A DNA stretch of 64,000 nucleotides from Rickettsiales bacterium (GTDB lineage: Bacteria > Pseudomonadota > Alphaproteobacteria > Rs-D84), in the NCBI GenBank assembly GCA_031266915.1, contig JAISAB010000002.1:76738-140737 (forward strand), given 5' to 3'. Positions within the stretch are counted from its first letter, which is position 1; each line of letters starts with the position of its first letter. A model generated the notes under the pieces. It did not search any database and was not told where the DNA came from. It saw only the letters and a program-made list of their open reading frames with translations. Of the stretch, positions 35,627-43,580 are shown in pieces. The position numbers and the translations under genes are program-made.

Positions 35627-36369
35627 GAACAACCGCGATTTCCCAAAAAAATAACGCGATGTCAAAAAACATGACGCTGATGCAGCATTTCACTGAACTG
35701 CGCCGGCGCGTTTTGTGGACGCTGCTTATATTCGCCGCGGCGTTCGGGCTGGGCTGGTTCGTGGCGCCGTACATCCAGGAATTTTTGACACAACCCCTGA
35801 TGGCCGTCTGGCCGGATGGGGCGATGCTGTACACGGGGCTGGCCGACGGCTTGCTGATACAGTTTTCACTTTCGACGCTGGTTGCGATTATAATTGCGCT
35901 GCCGGCGGCGCTGTGGCACGTCTGGGCGTTCGTGTCGCCGGGGCTGCATAAAAACGAAAGGCGGCTGATTCTGCCGGTTTTGTTTCTGTCGCCGCTGTTG
36001 TTCCTGACGGGCGCGGCGTTCGCGTTTTATATCCTGTTCCCGGTGGCGTTCAAGTTTTTTGTGGCGATGAATCAATCGTCGCTGGTGCCGGCCGTGCTGC
36101 TGCCGGCAGCCCGTGATTACCTGTCGTTCGCAATCGGATTGCTGAAGGTCTTTGGCATCGCGTTTCAAATGCCGCTGGTGCTGGTGCTGCTGAACAGGGC
36201 GGGAATCCTGCCGCGGGCCGCGGCGGTTCGGGCGCGCCGCTATGCGATTGTGGCGATATTTATCGTCGCCGCCATTTTGACGCCGCCGGATGTCGTGTCG
36301 CAATGCCTGTTGGCGATTCCGATGTGGGGATTGTTCGAGTTAAGCATTCTGTTTATGAAAAAGCCGTGA
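35623..36369 (+). CDS. tatC: twin-arginine translocase subunit TatC
   Basis: MTLMQHFTELRRRVLW is followed by 6 TM helices in the TatC pattern. Confidence 0.9.
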   Translation: MRTTAISQKNNAMSKNMTLMQHFTELRRRVLWTLLIFAAAFGLGWFVAPYIQEFLTQPLMAVWPDGAMLYTGLADGLLIQFSLSTLVAIIIALPAALWHVWAFVSPGLHKNERRLILPVLFLSPLLFLTGAAFAFYILFPVAFKFFVAMNQSSLVPAVLLPAARDYLSFAIGLLKVFGIAFQMPLVLVLLNRAGILPRAAAVRARRYAIVAIFIVAAILTPPDVVSQCLLAIPMWGLFELSILFMKKP

Positions 36370-36440
36370 ACCGATATTTAGACACTAGTGACTGAAAAAA
36401 GTATGTTGTTTTTTGTTTGAAAACCTGCTAAAATGCGTAA

Positions 36441-36698
36441 CGAATCCATTGGGAATGGGTTCGGGGTCTCAAAAGCCCATAGATAAACGGCGATGTAAAA
36501 ATCGTTGTATCCCGCACAATAAAATCGCGGGCGAAAGCCCGATTTTTTTATTGAATCCTCGCCAGTTGGTCGGGGAAGCTGCCGGTATATAAAACAGCCT
36601 CGGCGCCATTTATGGCGACGGGCGAAAACTGGCGGGGTCATTTTTATCTATGATTTTTGAACTCCCCGACCGCCAATTCCCATGGCGGTCTTTTTATT
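36441..36698 (+). ncRNA. structured ~255-nt 5' leader with antiterminator/terminator alternative; candidate riboswitch or attenuator L1, homologous to 43325-43580
   Basis: A sigma70-like promoter (TTGTTT-17-TAAAAT, ~36406-36434) precedes it. The 5' block gaatccattgggaatgggttcggggtctcaaaagcccatagataaacggc is conserved. ggtcgggga (36578-) is complementary to tccccgacc, which overlaps the 5' arm of the terminator gaccgcca-N7-tggcggtc plus tttttatt. The terminator ends at the ATG of the downstream gene. Confidence 0.5.
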
Positions 36699-37154
36699 AT
36701 GAAAAAATGCCTGTGTATATTTTTATCGATTATATTTGTTGCGCCATCGCCGGCGGCAACATCGCGCGGTCGCGCAAATTACAATGTTGTCCAAAATCCG
36801 CGCGCAACGGCAACGAATATTCAATCCGCGCCTGTGTCGCAGGCGCCTGAATCGGAAACTATTGAACCGCAGAAAACAATCGCTGATATTGAAGATGCGG
36901 CTGTGTCCGCGGCATCTGAAGATAATTCGTCGCAGATTTTGGAATTAAACGCCGCTATTCGTGAACTGGAAGACGAAATGTTCAAAATGGATTCCGAATT
37001 GCGTCGTTGCGACCGCATGCGCCGCGACTGGCGCACGGCGACAATTATCGGCGGAATCGGCGTCGTTGGAACCGCCACCGGGGCGATTATTCAGGCAGCG
37101 CAAATATCCAAACAGAAAAAAGAAAATACAAAAACGGATGCGCCCCAGGAATGA
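36699..37154 (+). CDS. secreted coiled-coil protein with C-terminal hydrophobic anchor (paralog A)
   Basis: The signal peptide MKKCLCIFLSIIFVAPSPAA is followed by an acidic region, a coiled-coil (LELNAAIRELEDEMFKMDSELRRCDRMRR) and a Gly-zipper TM (TIIGGIGVVGTATGAIIQAA). Confidence 0.55.
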   Translation: MKKCLCIFLSIIFVAPSPAATSRGRANYNVVQNPRATATNIQSAPVSQAPESETIEPQKTIADIEDAAVSAASEDNSSQILELNAAIRELEDEMFKMDSELRRCDRMRRDWRTATIIGGIGVVGTATGAIIQAAQISKQKKENTKTDAPQE

Positions 37155-37510
37155 GAATCGCAACGGCATTTTTATTTTATTCGTTTTTTATCGGCGCGTG
37201 TCCGGCGGCGCATGATGTTCAGGTCCAAATGCTGGCCGCGCGATTGGAATCTTTGCAGTCGGAACGCGACCACAAAGCCGCGGAACTGCGCGATTGCGAA
37301 AAAAATGTCAAGGGATTCAAGGTGGCAGGTATTGCGACCCTATCCGCAACTGGCATCGGAATCGGCATAAATGTTGCCTTGGCAAGCAAACTGGCGGCGA
37401 CGAAATCCGGCGGTTCAAACGGTGCGCGCGGCGGTGCGGCGGCGGATATGCGTTCATCCGAACAGGTATCACAAGACAACGCGGATTTATTCGCGGAGCT
37501 TGGGATTTAA
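37151..37510 (+). CDS. secreted coiled-coil protein with C-terminal hydrophobic anchor (paralog B)
   Basis: MRIATAFLFYSFFIGACPAA, then a coiled-coil (LAARLESLQSERDHKAAELRDCEKNVK) and a Gly-zipper TM (VAGIATLSATGIGIGINVALA). The architecture matches the upstream gene, and the start overlaps its stop (ATGA). Confidence 0.5.
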   Translation: MRIATAFLFYSFFIGACPAAHDVQVQMLAARLESLQSERDHKAAELRDCEKNVKGFKVAGIATLSATGIGIGINVALASKLAATKSGGSNGARGGAAADMRSSEQVSQDNADLFAELGI

Positions 37511-37541
37511 CAAAACAACAACCAAACCAAAAGGAAAGAAC

Positions 37542-38111
37542 ATGAAAAACAAAATGATGATCGGCGCAATGGCGGCAATGCTGGCTGCAACATCCGCGAA
37601 TGCGTATAACCAGGCGGATAAAGACCGCTGTCTGGCGAATCCTGACAAAGTTGTGTGGGTGGAATCCAAGGGCGCATGCGTACCAAAAAATCCGTGCGAT
37701 GGGAAATATGATTATAAATATATAGCTTATTGTTCCGAAAAGTTCGGGTCTGTGGTTGTAGATAGTGTTGATACAGCGATAAATATGGTTAAATCGTTTC
37801 ATGCAACTTCAATGAACGTACCCTGTAATAAAGCAGCCTATGTAATTGATTCTGCCGCCGATGTCTCTTGTTTTACAGGACCATATAATGAGTATTTCGT
37901 ATATGCTTTTTCTGGAGTTATGTCGTCTGGTATTACAACCAATATACTAAATGAAGATATATCTTTTTGCAGAAAATATAACTGCGGGTATGACGTTTCT
38001 TACAAAAAAGTATTTCAATGCGATTGTACCAACAATGATGCCAATTATGACGGTATAAAAAAAGTAGAAAAAGTTGAATGCGGCGAGGGCTATTGTGAAG
38101 TAAAACGCTAA
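37542..38111 (+). CDS. cysteine-rich secreted protein
   Basis: Signal peptide MKNKMMIGAMAAMLAATSANA with an RBS aaaggaaag upstream, and 20 Cys in the mature part. The 3' half is AT-rich. Confidence 0.55.
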   Translation: MKNKMMIGAMAAMLAATSANAYNQADKDRCLANPDKVVWVESKGACVPKNPCDGKYDYKYIAYCSEKFGSVVVDSVDTAINMVKSFHATSMNVPCNKAAYVIDSAADVSCFTGPYNEYFVYAFSGVMSSGITTNILNEDISFCRKYNCGYDVSYKKVFQCDCTNNDANYDGIKKVEKVECGEGYCEVKR

Positions 38112-38538
38112 ACTTTTGTTTAGTTGGCTGGACGTTATAACCGAAAACAAACCCGCAGGCGCAAAGACTTGCTGGTTTGTTTTGATTAGGTTCAGGGACA
38201 GCGTATAGTCAATAGTCGTTAGTCTATAGTTAGCAGTTCAAATTGTCGCCGTCGCGAAACGATGCGGACAAAACCGCATGCTGCGGCGTCAAACTGTCTT
38301 GCCGTATTAATATATGCCTTCGCCAGTTTTCCTGACATCATGCGATTTTCTCTCGCATCGTGCGTCTGAATTTAATGAGCCCTGACCCTAGTAAAACAGT
38401 TGATATAAGACAATGCACCAATCATTATCGATTATTGACCAACGACTATTGACAATTTTCTGGCATTTTATGAATCACGGTTTCCCCAAATCCAACAAAC
38501 GTTTTATTTATACCTGGTTTTGTGATACAATTTATACT

Positions 38539-39846
38539 GTGAAAAAGGTATTTGGATTTTTGGGTCTGGCTGTCGTGCTGATTTTATCGGCGTGCGATTT
38601 GCAGCCCGGAATTGTCAGCCTGCCCGATTCCGTCGGGGACTTTATTTCGACCCGGTATCCGGCCCTGTTGGCCGACCCGGCGACCCAGCCTGAAATCTAT
38701 AACTCGGCCGCCGCCGACTATGGCGTCTATGCGTCGCCCGACATGTACGGCGCGTCCGCGATGGACGATTATATCCTGTACGCCAGTGTCGACGACTATG
38801 CGCTGCCGCCGACCACCGCACCCGCGCAATCTCCTGTTTACGGCGGCACGCCGGTTGCGAACATTACGTCCGCGACACCGGACGATTATCTGATGATTCC
38901 TGTTTATGACGCCGCCGCGCACGCCCAACTGCAGCAGGTTGAAATTACCGTTCAGCAGGGCGACACGTTATATTCGCTGTCCAAAAGATATTCTCTGTCC
39001 GTCGACGATTTGGCCGGGATGAACAAATTGTCTGCGCCGTATAGTCTGGCGGTCGGCCAGAAATTAAAAGTCGCCAAGCCGAAAGAACTGGTCACGGCCG
39101 AGACCAAGGCCGAAATCAAAGGCGAACCAGTCAAAGCCCAACTGATTGACGTGACGGTCGGCGGTGGCGATACGCTGTATTCAATATCGCGTAAATTTTC
39201 GGTCCCGGTCAATGAACTGGCGGTGCTGAATAAATTGTCGGCTCCGTTTGTATTGTCAATCGGTCAGAATCTGAAAATCCCGGTCGTCGTTGTGGACAAA
39301 CCGGCTGCAACGCCGGTACGCGCCGCCGTGCCGGTCCAATCTGTGACACCAGTCATCGCGTCACCTGCGGCACCGTCGACACCGGTCGCGCCAACATCCG
39401 TCGTCGTGCCAAAGCAAAAGATTTCATCCGACCCGGCCAAGACGCTGCCCGCGATTGCGAAACGCTCGTCGGCAAAGTTCAGCTGGCCTGTGCGCGGTGC
39501 TATACTGTCTTCATATGGCGCCAAGAACAACGGCCTGTTCAACGACGGCGTTAATATCAGTGTCAAGGCGGGAACCAAGGTCGGCGCCGCCGAAAACGGC
39601 GTGGTCGCCTATGCCGGCAACGAGGTCAAAGGTATGGGCAATCTGGTCATTGTCCAGCACAGCGACGGCTGGATGACCGTATATGCCCATATGGACAAAA
39701 TGTCCGTCCGCCGCGGCGTCAAGGTAACGGTCGGCCAGCAAATCGGCACGGTCGGCCAGACAGGCAAGGTCGACAGTCCGCAGCTGCACTTTGAAATCCG
39801 CAAGGGAACCAAGGCTTATGACCCATCCAGCTATCTGAAGAAGTAA
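38539..39846 (+). CDS. nlpD: LysM-domain M23-family peptidase lipoprotein (NlpD-like murein hydrolase activator)
   Basis: There is a lipobox (VVLILSAC) and two LysM repeats (GDTLYSLSKRYSLSVDDLAGMNKL; GDTLYSISRKFSVPVNELAVLNKL). The C-terminal M23 domain reads ...VAYAGNEVKGMGNLVIVQHSDGWMTVYAHM....GQQIGTVGQTG. The start is GTG at 38539 or upstream (ORF from 38413). Confidence 0.8.
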   Translation: MKKVFGFLGLAVVLILSACDLQPGIVSLPDSVGDFISTRYPALLADPATQPEIYNSAAADYGVYASPDMYGASAMDDYILYASVDDYALPPTTAPAQSPVYGGTPVANITSATPDDYLMIPVYDAAAHAQLQQVEITVQQGDTLYSLSKRYSLSVDDLAGMNKLSAPYSLAVGQKLKVAKPKELVTAETKAEIKGEPVKAQLIDVTVGGGDTLYSISRKFSVPVNELAVLNKLSAPFVLSIGQNLKIPVVVVDKPAATPVRAAVPVQSVTPVIASPAAPSTPVAPTSVVVPKQKISSDPAKTLPAIAKRSSAKFSWPVRGAILSSYGAKNNGLFNDGVNISVKAGTKVGAAENGVVAYAGNEVKGMGNLVIVQHSDGWMTVYAHMDKMSVRRGVKVTVGQQIGTVGQTGKVDSPQLHFEIRKGTKAYDPSSYLKK

Positions 39847-40022
39847 TGTATATACGTCGTGTATATACAAGCAAAAAAGGAATGGTATCCGCCAGATTGC
39901 CAAAGAATTAAAAATCGTTGCGGCGCCGTCTGCTGTTTGTAAAACATGGCCGATAAAAAGCCTTGCAAAATATCAAAATGCATATATAATCTGCGGGTCT
40001 TACAAGACGAATACAATGACCC

Positions 40023-40098
40023 GGGTGCGTAGCTCAGTTGGTAGAGCAACTGACTCTTAATCAGTGGGTCTGGGGTTCGAATCCCCACGCGCCCACCA
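40023..40098 (+). tRNA. tRNA-Lys (anticodon CTT)
   Basis: The cloverleaf is acceptor gggtgcg/cgcgccc, D arm gctc-agttggta-gagc, anticodon arm actga-ctCTTaa-tcagt, T arm tgggg-ttcgaat-cccca, and an encoded CCA. Confidence 0.9.
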
Positions 40099-40109
40099 AT
40101 TTGAAACCG

Positions 40110-40215
40110 TTGGATTTCCGGCGGTTTTTCATTTAATTTGATTCAGTTATATTCACGAAAATGTTTGCTGTCAGGCGTTTTTTGTCCCGTTTTTGCCCCC
40201 GGGTGGTGTGAAAAT
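40110..40215. repeat. ~100-bp direct repeat, left copy (flanks AT-rich islet next to tRNA-Lys)
   Basis: ggcggtttttcatttaatttgattcagttatattcacgaaaatgtttgctgtcaggcgttttttgtcccgtttttgcccc...gtgtgaaaatggcgaatttc is about 85 percent identical to 41040-41145. Confidence 0.55.
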
Positions 40216-40472
40216 GGCGAATTTCTGCCGCATACAGCGTTTATTGTCGTGGGTTTGCCTTAGATTTGCTCTGTCCGCGTCTTAGAATAGCATAGAACAA
40301 ACAAGGGAGTTCATAAATGATATGAATACCATTGTTGGGCTGTTTTCTTATGCTTGCCTTATTCCGCGTGCAGTTCAAAGGCCTAATTCTGAAAATTCAC
40401 AAAATTTAGCCCCATTTCGAACATGATTTAAATAATGTATTTAATTTCTTTTTTTTGATATAATCACAACAT

Positions 40473-40955
40473 ATGCAAGCAAGGATTTGTACTATGACTA
40501 AGAAAAAAGATTTTGACACAGCGATTAAACAGATAAAAGAAAACACCAAAAGCAAAATCATAATTTCTAAAAAACTAGAAAAGGCTTGGGATGTTTCGCC
40601 ATTGGTTCCAACAGCGCAGCAAATGAAGTCATTCTTGGAAGAAATTATGTCAGTAAAAAATAAATTACAACAGAATATCGGTTCCATTGACCTGTCAAAA
40701 AAATCAAAAAATGCAGTATGGGGATTAAACGGCGGCGAACTGGTAAAGGATAAGGTTCCAGGTATTGAAGAAGATATGAAAAACTTGGACAAGTTGGTTA
40801 ATTCTTTGAATATTAAGTCGAATTCAAACGAGATTAGGTTCGTATTGGAAAAGATGACCTCGTTAGAACAAAGGGTCAGAGAACTGTTAATTGTGCAAAA
40901 TCAATCTCGTTTTCATAATTTCTTTCACGCAAATTTTCCTATTTTTGTAAGATAG
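40473..40955 (+). CDS. hypothetical protein on tRNA-Lys-adjacent AT-rich islet
   Basis: 160-aa ORF (alternative ATG at 40494). It is Lys/Asn-rich with low GC, and a -10-like gatataat lies just upstream. Confidence 0.45.
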   Translation: MQARICTMTKKKDFDTAIKQIKENTKSKIIISKKLEKAWDVSPLVPTAQQMKSFLEEIMSVKNKLQQNIGSIDLSKKSKNAVWGLNGGELVKDKVPGIEEDMKNLDKLVNSLNIKSNSNEIRFVLEKMTSLEQRVRELLIVQNQSRFHNFFHANFPIFVR

Positions 40956-41039
40956 TTTGTGTCGAAATTTTGAATTTGTCTTGCTAATCCTTGAAAATCG
41001 TCCCATATTCTCCAACATAAGATACAGCCGTCGCTACTT

Positions 41040-41145
41040 GCGGTGGTTTTTCATTTGATTCATTTATATTCACGAAAAGGTTTGTTGCAAGGCGTTTTTT
41101 GTCCCGTTTTTGCCCCAGAAAAGTGTGAAAATCAGCATTTCAGAA
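41040..41145. repeat. ~100-bp direct repeat, right copy
   Basis: ggtggtttttcatttgattcatttatattcacgaaaaggtttgttgcaaggcgttttttgtcccgtttttgccccagaaaagtgtgaaaatcagcatttc. Confidence 0.55.
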
Positions 41146-41194
41146 GTATTTCAGGTCATTGTTAATGAATTTAAGCTGAAATTATATGCCCTTG

Positions 41195-41392
41195 AAAACA
41201 ATCGTTCAACCGACAGGAATGTACCTTTATCGACATTCTTTTCACTTGCCGTCACCCCAGCCACCGCGGGGGTCCAATGTGTTTATCATACATGTATTGT
41301 TCACAGCTTGAATACAATGGATGCCGTCCTGCGACGTCATGACGAGTCTTGAGTTTTTGAGGCCAAAAAGGTACATTCCTGTCAGTTGAGCT
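41195..41392. mobile_element. MITE-like palindromic element, copy B (plus a solo terminal repeat at 41404-41422)
   Basis: The termini are cgttcaaccgacaggaatgtaccttt ... aaaaaggtacattcctgtcagttgagc. The interior is the reverse complement of the copy C interior (ggtccaatgtgtttatcata..gttcacagcttgaatacaatggat). It is followed by ccattcctgtcagctgaac. Confidence 0.6.
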
Positions 41393-41423
41393 ATTATATT
41401 AAAGCCATTCCTGTCAGCTGAAC

Positions 41424-42971
41424 TTATCGTATCGTATGATAAGTATTTCCCGAATAGTTGACATTTATCGCATTGCTGGCCGAACCATTGCCCAGGCTGG
41501 CGTAGCATACGGTTCCTGATGCGCTTTTTATATTTATGGATGGAATTGTGTTCTTGACAGCGTACAGAGGAATGATAAGACTTCCCGCGCGCAGGGTGGC
41601 GAATCCTGCGGCGCACATCTGCGCGCACCCACCGGCGTCCGTCTGCGAATACCCTGAATCGCAATCCCACGGGCAATTATTTCCGGTCACGCCTGCGCTG
41701 TTGCTATAACTGGAATTTGCCGGCTTGTTGGTGCAGTTGTTGCACGATGTCTGACCGGTCAGATTCTGATAGGTTCCCGCGGCGCACGCATCGCAGGAAT
41801 AGTGCCCGCTGCCGCCGGTATCGTATATCACCGTTCCGTCGTAAAGCGCCTCGCTGCCCGATACGCCGTAATGACCCGCAGGGCACGGAACGCACGAGTT
41901 AAGAAAGTCGGGGCCTTCTGGAATATCGACGGTGTAATATCCGCTGGCGCATTCGCCCCAATATCTCTTCTGGCAATTGTCGAAATTACTGCCGCCCCAC
42001 CAGCAAGTGCCGGATATGGAACTTTGTTCCGTCCAAAAGCCCGTTCCGGACCAATACCAGAAATTTCCCTTCGTATGGCAGTCGGTCGAATCATCAGAGC
42101 CAGAATCGGATGTGACTTTTGTGCTATTAGCCGCATGTCCCGGTATAAGGTCCTGACATGAATATCTGGCGGAACCATAAGAAATACCAGGACAGTAATA
42201 GCCTTGCTCGCACATGACACATTGCCCGTCAGACAGATAATATCCTTTGTCGCAGCTGACCGCGCAACCGGACGTCGCGCCCCAGGTATAGCACCCGCTG
42301 ACCCCGTTCTTGGTCGCGTTGCATGTCTGGGTGCCGTTGATTGTTCCGTTTGCAACGCTGCCGCAGCTGGCTGTCTGCGAAGTGTTGTACGTGCAGTCGC
42401 TGGTGCATGTGGCGACAGCGGGGCACGCGGTTCCGCCTGCGCAGGTGTATCCGCTGCCGTAATCCGAGCATGGCCGGCACAGCCTGGCATCCGAATTTGG
42501 GGTGCATATTGTCTGACTTGGGCTGGGCGCCATGTAGTATCCGGCTTCGCAAGTCTGCGGCACGCAAGCCCCCCAATCGTCGCCATAGGAACAGTTGTTG
42601 AAGCCGTAGTAGCTGCTGCAGTCGCCGACCAGGGTGATGCGGGATTGCTTTCCGACGCCGTTGGCTATCGCGCAGTTCTGCGATGGCGCCAAATTATCAC
42701 AACTGCATGTGTTGACGGCGCCTGGAACGCATCCTGCATTTTCTGGCCAGTCGCATATTTCCAGAGACCAATTCCAAAAAAGACCATCGGGGCAACTTAT
42801 TCTTTGATTAACAAAAGCCCCGCAAATATAAAGCGACTGACAGTCGTTGAAATCGGGAGTATAAACGGGATTTTCATCCACAAAAAACTTCTCCGAGCAG
42901 GCAGGCACTCCATAGGCCATATTGGTCGCGCATTGCACGCAAAATATGATGATAAATATAAATTTTCTCAA
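41424..42971 (-). CDS. large cysteine-rich secreted protein with Ephrin-receptor-like / VSP-like CxxC...GxY repeats
   Basis: It has a TTG start and the signal peptide MRKFIFIIIFCVQCATNMA. It contains ~70 Cys with repeated units (CVPCPAGHYGVSG; CDACAAGTYQNLTGQTSCNNC; CRPCSDYGSGYTCAGGTAC) that resemble eukaryotic GCC2/GCC3 (Ephrin-receptor-like) or Giardia VSP repeats. The antisense ORFs here are GC artefacts. Confidence 0.6.
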   Translation of the reverse strand: MRKFIFIIIFCVQCATNMAYGVPACSEKFFVDENPVYTPDFNDCQSLYICGAFVNQRISCPDGLFWNWSLEICDWPENAGCVPGAVNTCSCDNLAPSQNCAIANGVGKQSRITLVGDCSSYYGFNNCSYGDDWGACVPQTCEAGYYMAPSPSQTICTPNSDARLCRPCSDYGSGYTCAGGTACPAVATCTSDCTYNTSQTASCGSVANGTINGTQTCNATKNGVSGCYTWGATSGCAVSCDKGYYLSDGQCVMCEQGYYCPGISYGSARYSCQDLIPGHAANSTKVTSDSGSDDSTDCHTKGNFWYWSGTGFWTEQSSISGTCWWGGSNFDNCQKRYWGECASGYYTVDIPEGPDFLNSCVPCPAGHYGVSGSEALYDGTVIYDTGGSGHYSCDACAAGTYQNLTGQTSCNNCTNKPANSSYSNSAGVTGNNCPWDCDSGYSQTDAGGCAQMCAAGFATLRAGSLIIPLYAVKNTIPSINIKSASGTVCYASLGNGSASNAINVNYSGNTYHTIR

Positions 42972-42991
42972 TTTTTAACCAGCTAATTTAA

Positions 42992-43081
42992 ACGTCCCTT
43001 TGGATTAGGCAACGCTTCTGCTTTCAATAATCCCTGATTTCCGCTGCTTTCTCTCTCTACGTTTTGCCTAATCCAAAGGGA
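42992..43081. promoter_or_regulatory. 21-bp perfect inverted repeat in the divergent promoter region of the two Cys-rich genes
   Basis: aaacgtccctttggattaggc (42992-43012) pairs with gcctaatccaaagggacgttt (43061-43081). It lies ~20 nt upstream of the TTG start of the minus-strand gene and shares aatccaaaggga with the start of leader L2. Confidence 0.4.
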
Positions 43082-43324
43082 CGTTTGAATCAGGCATGGC
43101 AATATGCTTATTTACGTTTTGAATTATCTCGTATATTCATCTTTCTGTCAATGAAAAAAATGGCGTCTTTAGATATTTATATTCGGATTGTATTTCTGCA
43201 GGAGTATGTTTTGCAATCCTGGCGCGGCGAAACCATCACGAGCGGTGGTTATAAAATAGAGCATGGCCATAAAAATCAATTAATTTTTCTTTGAAAAAAT
43301 TTAGTTTTAGTTTACAATACATGT

Positions 43325-43580
43325 GAATCCAAAGGGATTTGGGTTCGGGGCCTTCAAAAAGCCCATATAAGAACGGCATTGTAAATGTCGAAATCCGCAT
43401 GATAAGACACGGCGCGGATGCGCCTTTTGTTTTATCATGAATGCCCCGCAAAGGTCGGGGGGCCGCCGGTTATGCAACAGGGTTATCCCAAAGGCCAGCG
43501 GGGTCATTTTCTTATATGATTTTTTGAACTCCCCGACCGCCATTTTCTTGGCGGTTTTTTATATAAAAAAAGGAAATCAT
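43325..43580 (+). ncRNA. structured ~255-nt 5' leader with antiterminator/terminator alternative, L2, homologous to 36441-36698
   Basis: A promoter TTGAAA-16-TACAAT (43291-43318) precedes it. The conserved 5' block is gaatccaaagggatttgggttcggggccttcaaaaagcccatataagaacggc. ggtcgggg (43455-) is complementary to ccccgacc, which overlaps the terminator gaccgcca-ttttctt-ggcggt plus tttttt (43533-43562). The RBS aaaggaaa and the ATG follow. Confidence 0.5.

Noticed and set aside
41800-42990. Multiple long antisense or alternate-frame ORFs (e.g. 41828..42586, 42204..42986) overlapping the 515-aa Cys-rich gene
   Set aside because: This region has high GC with few stop codons. Only the minus-strand frame has a signal peptide and coherent Cys-repeat architecture.
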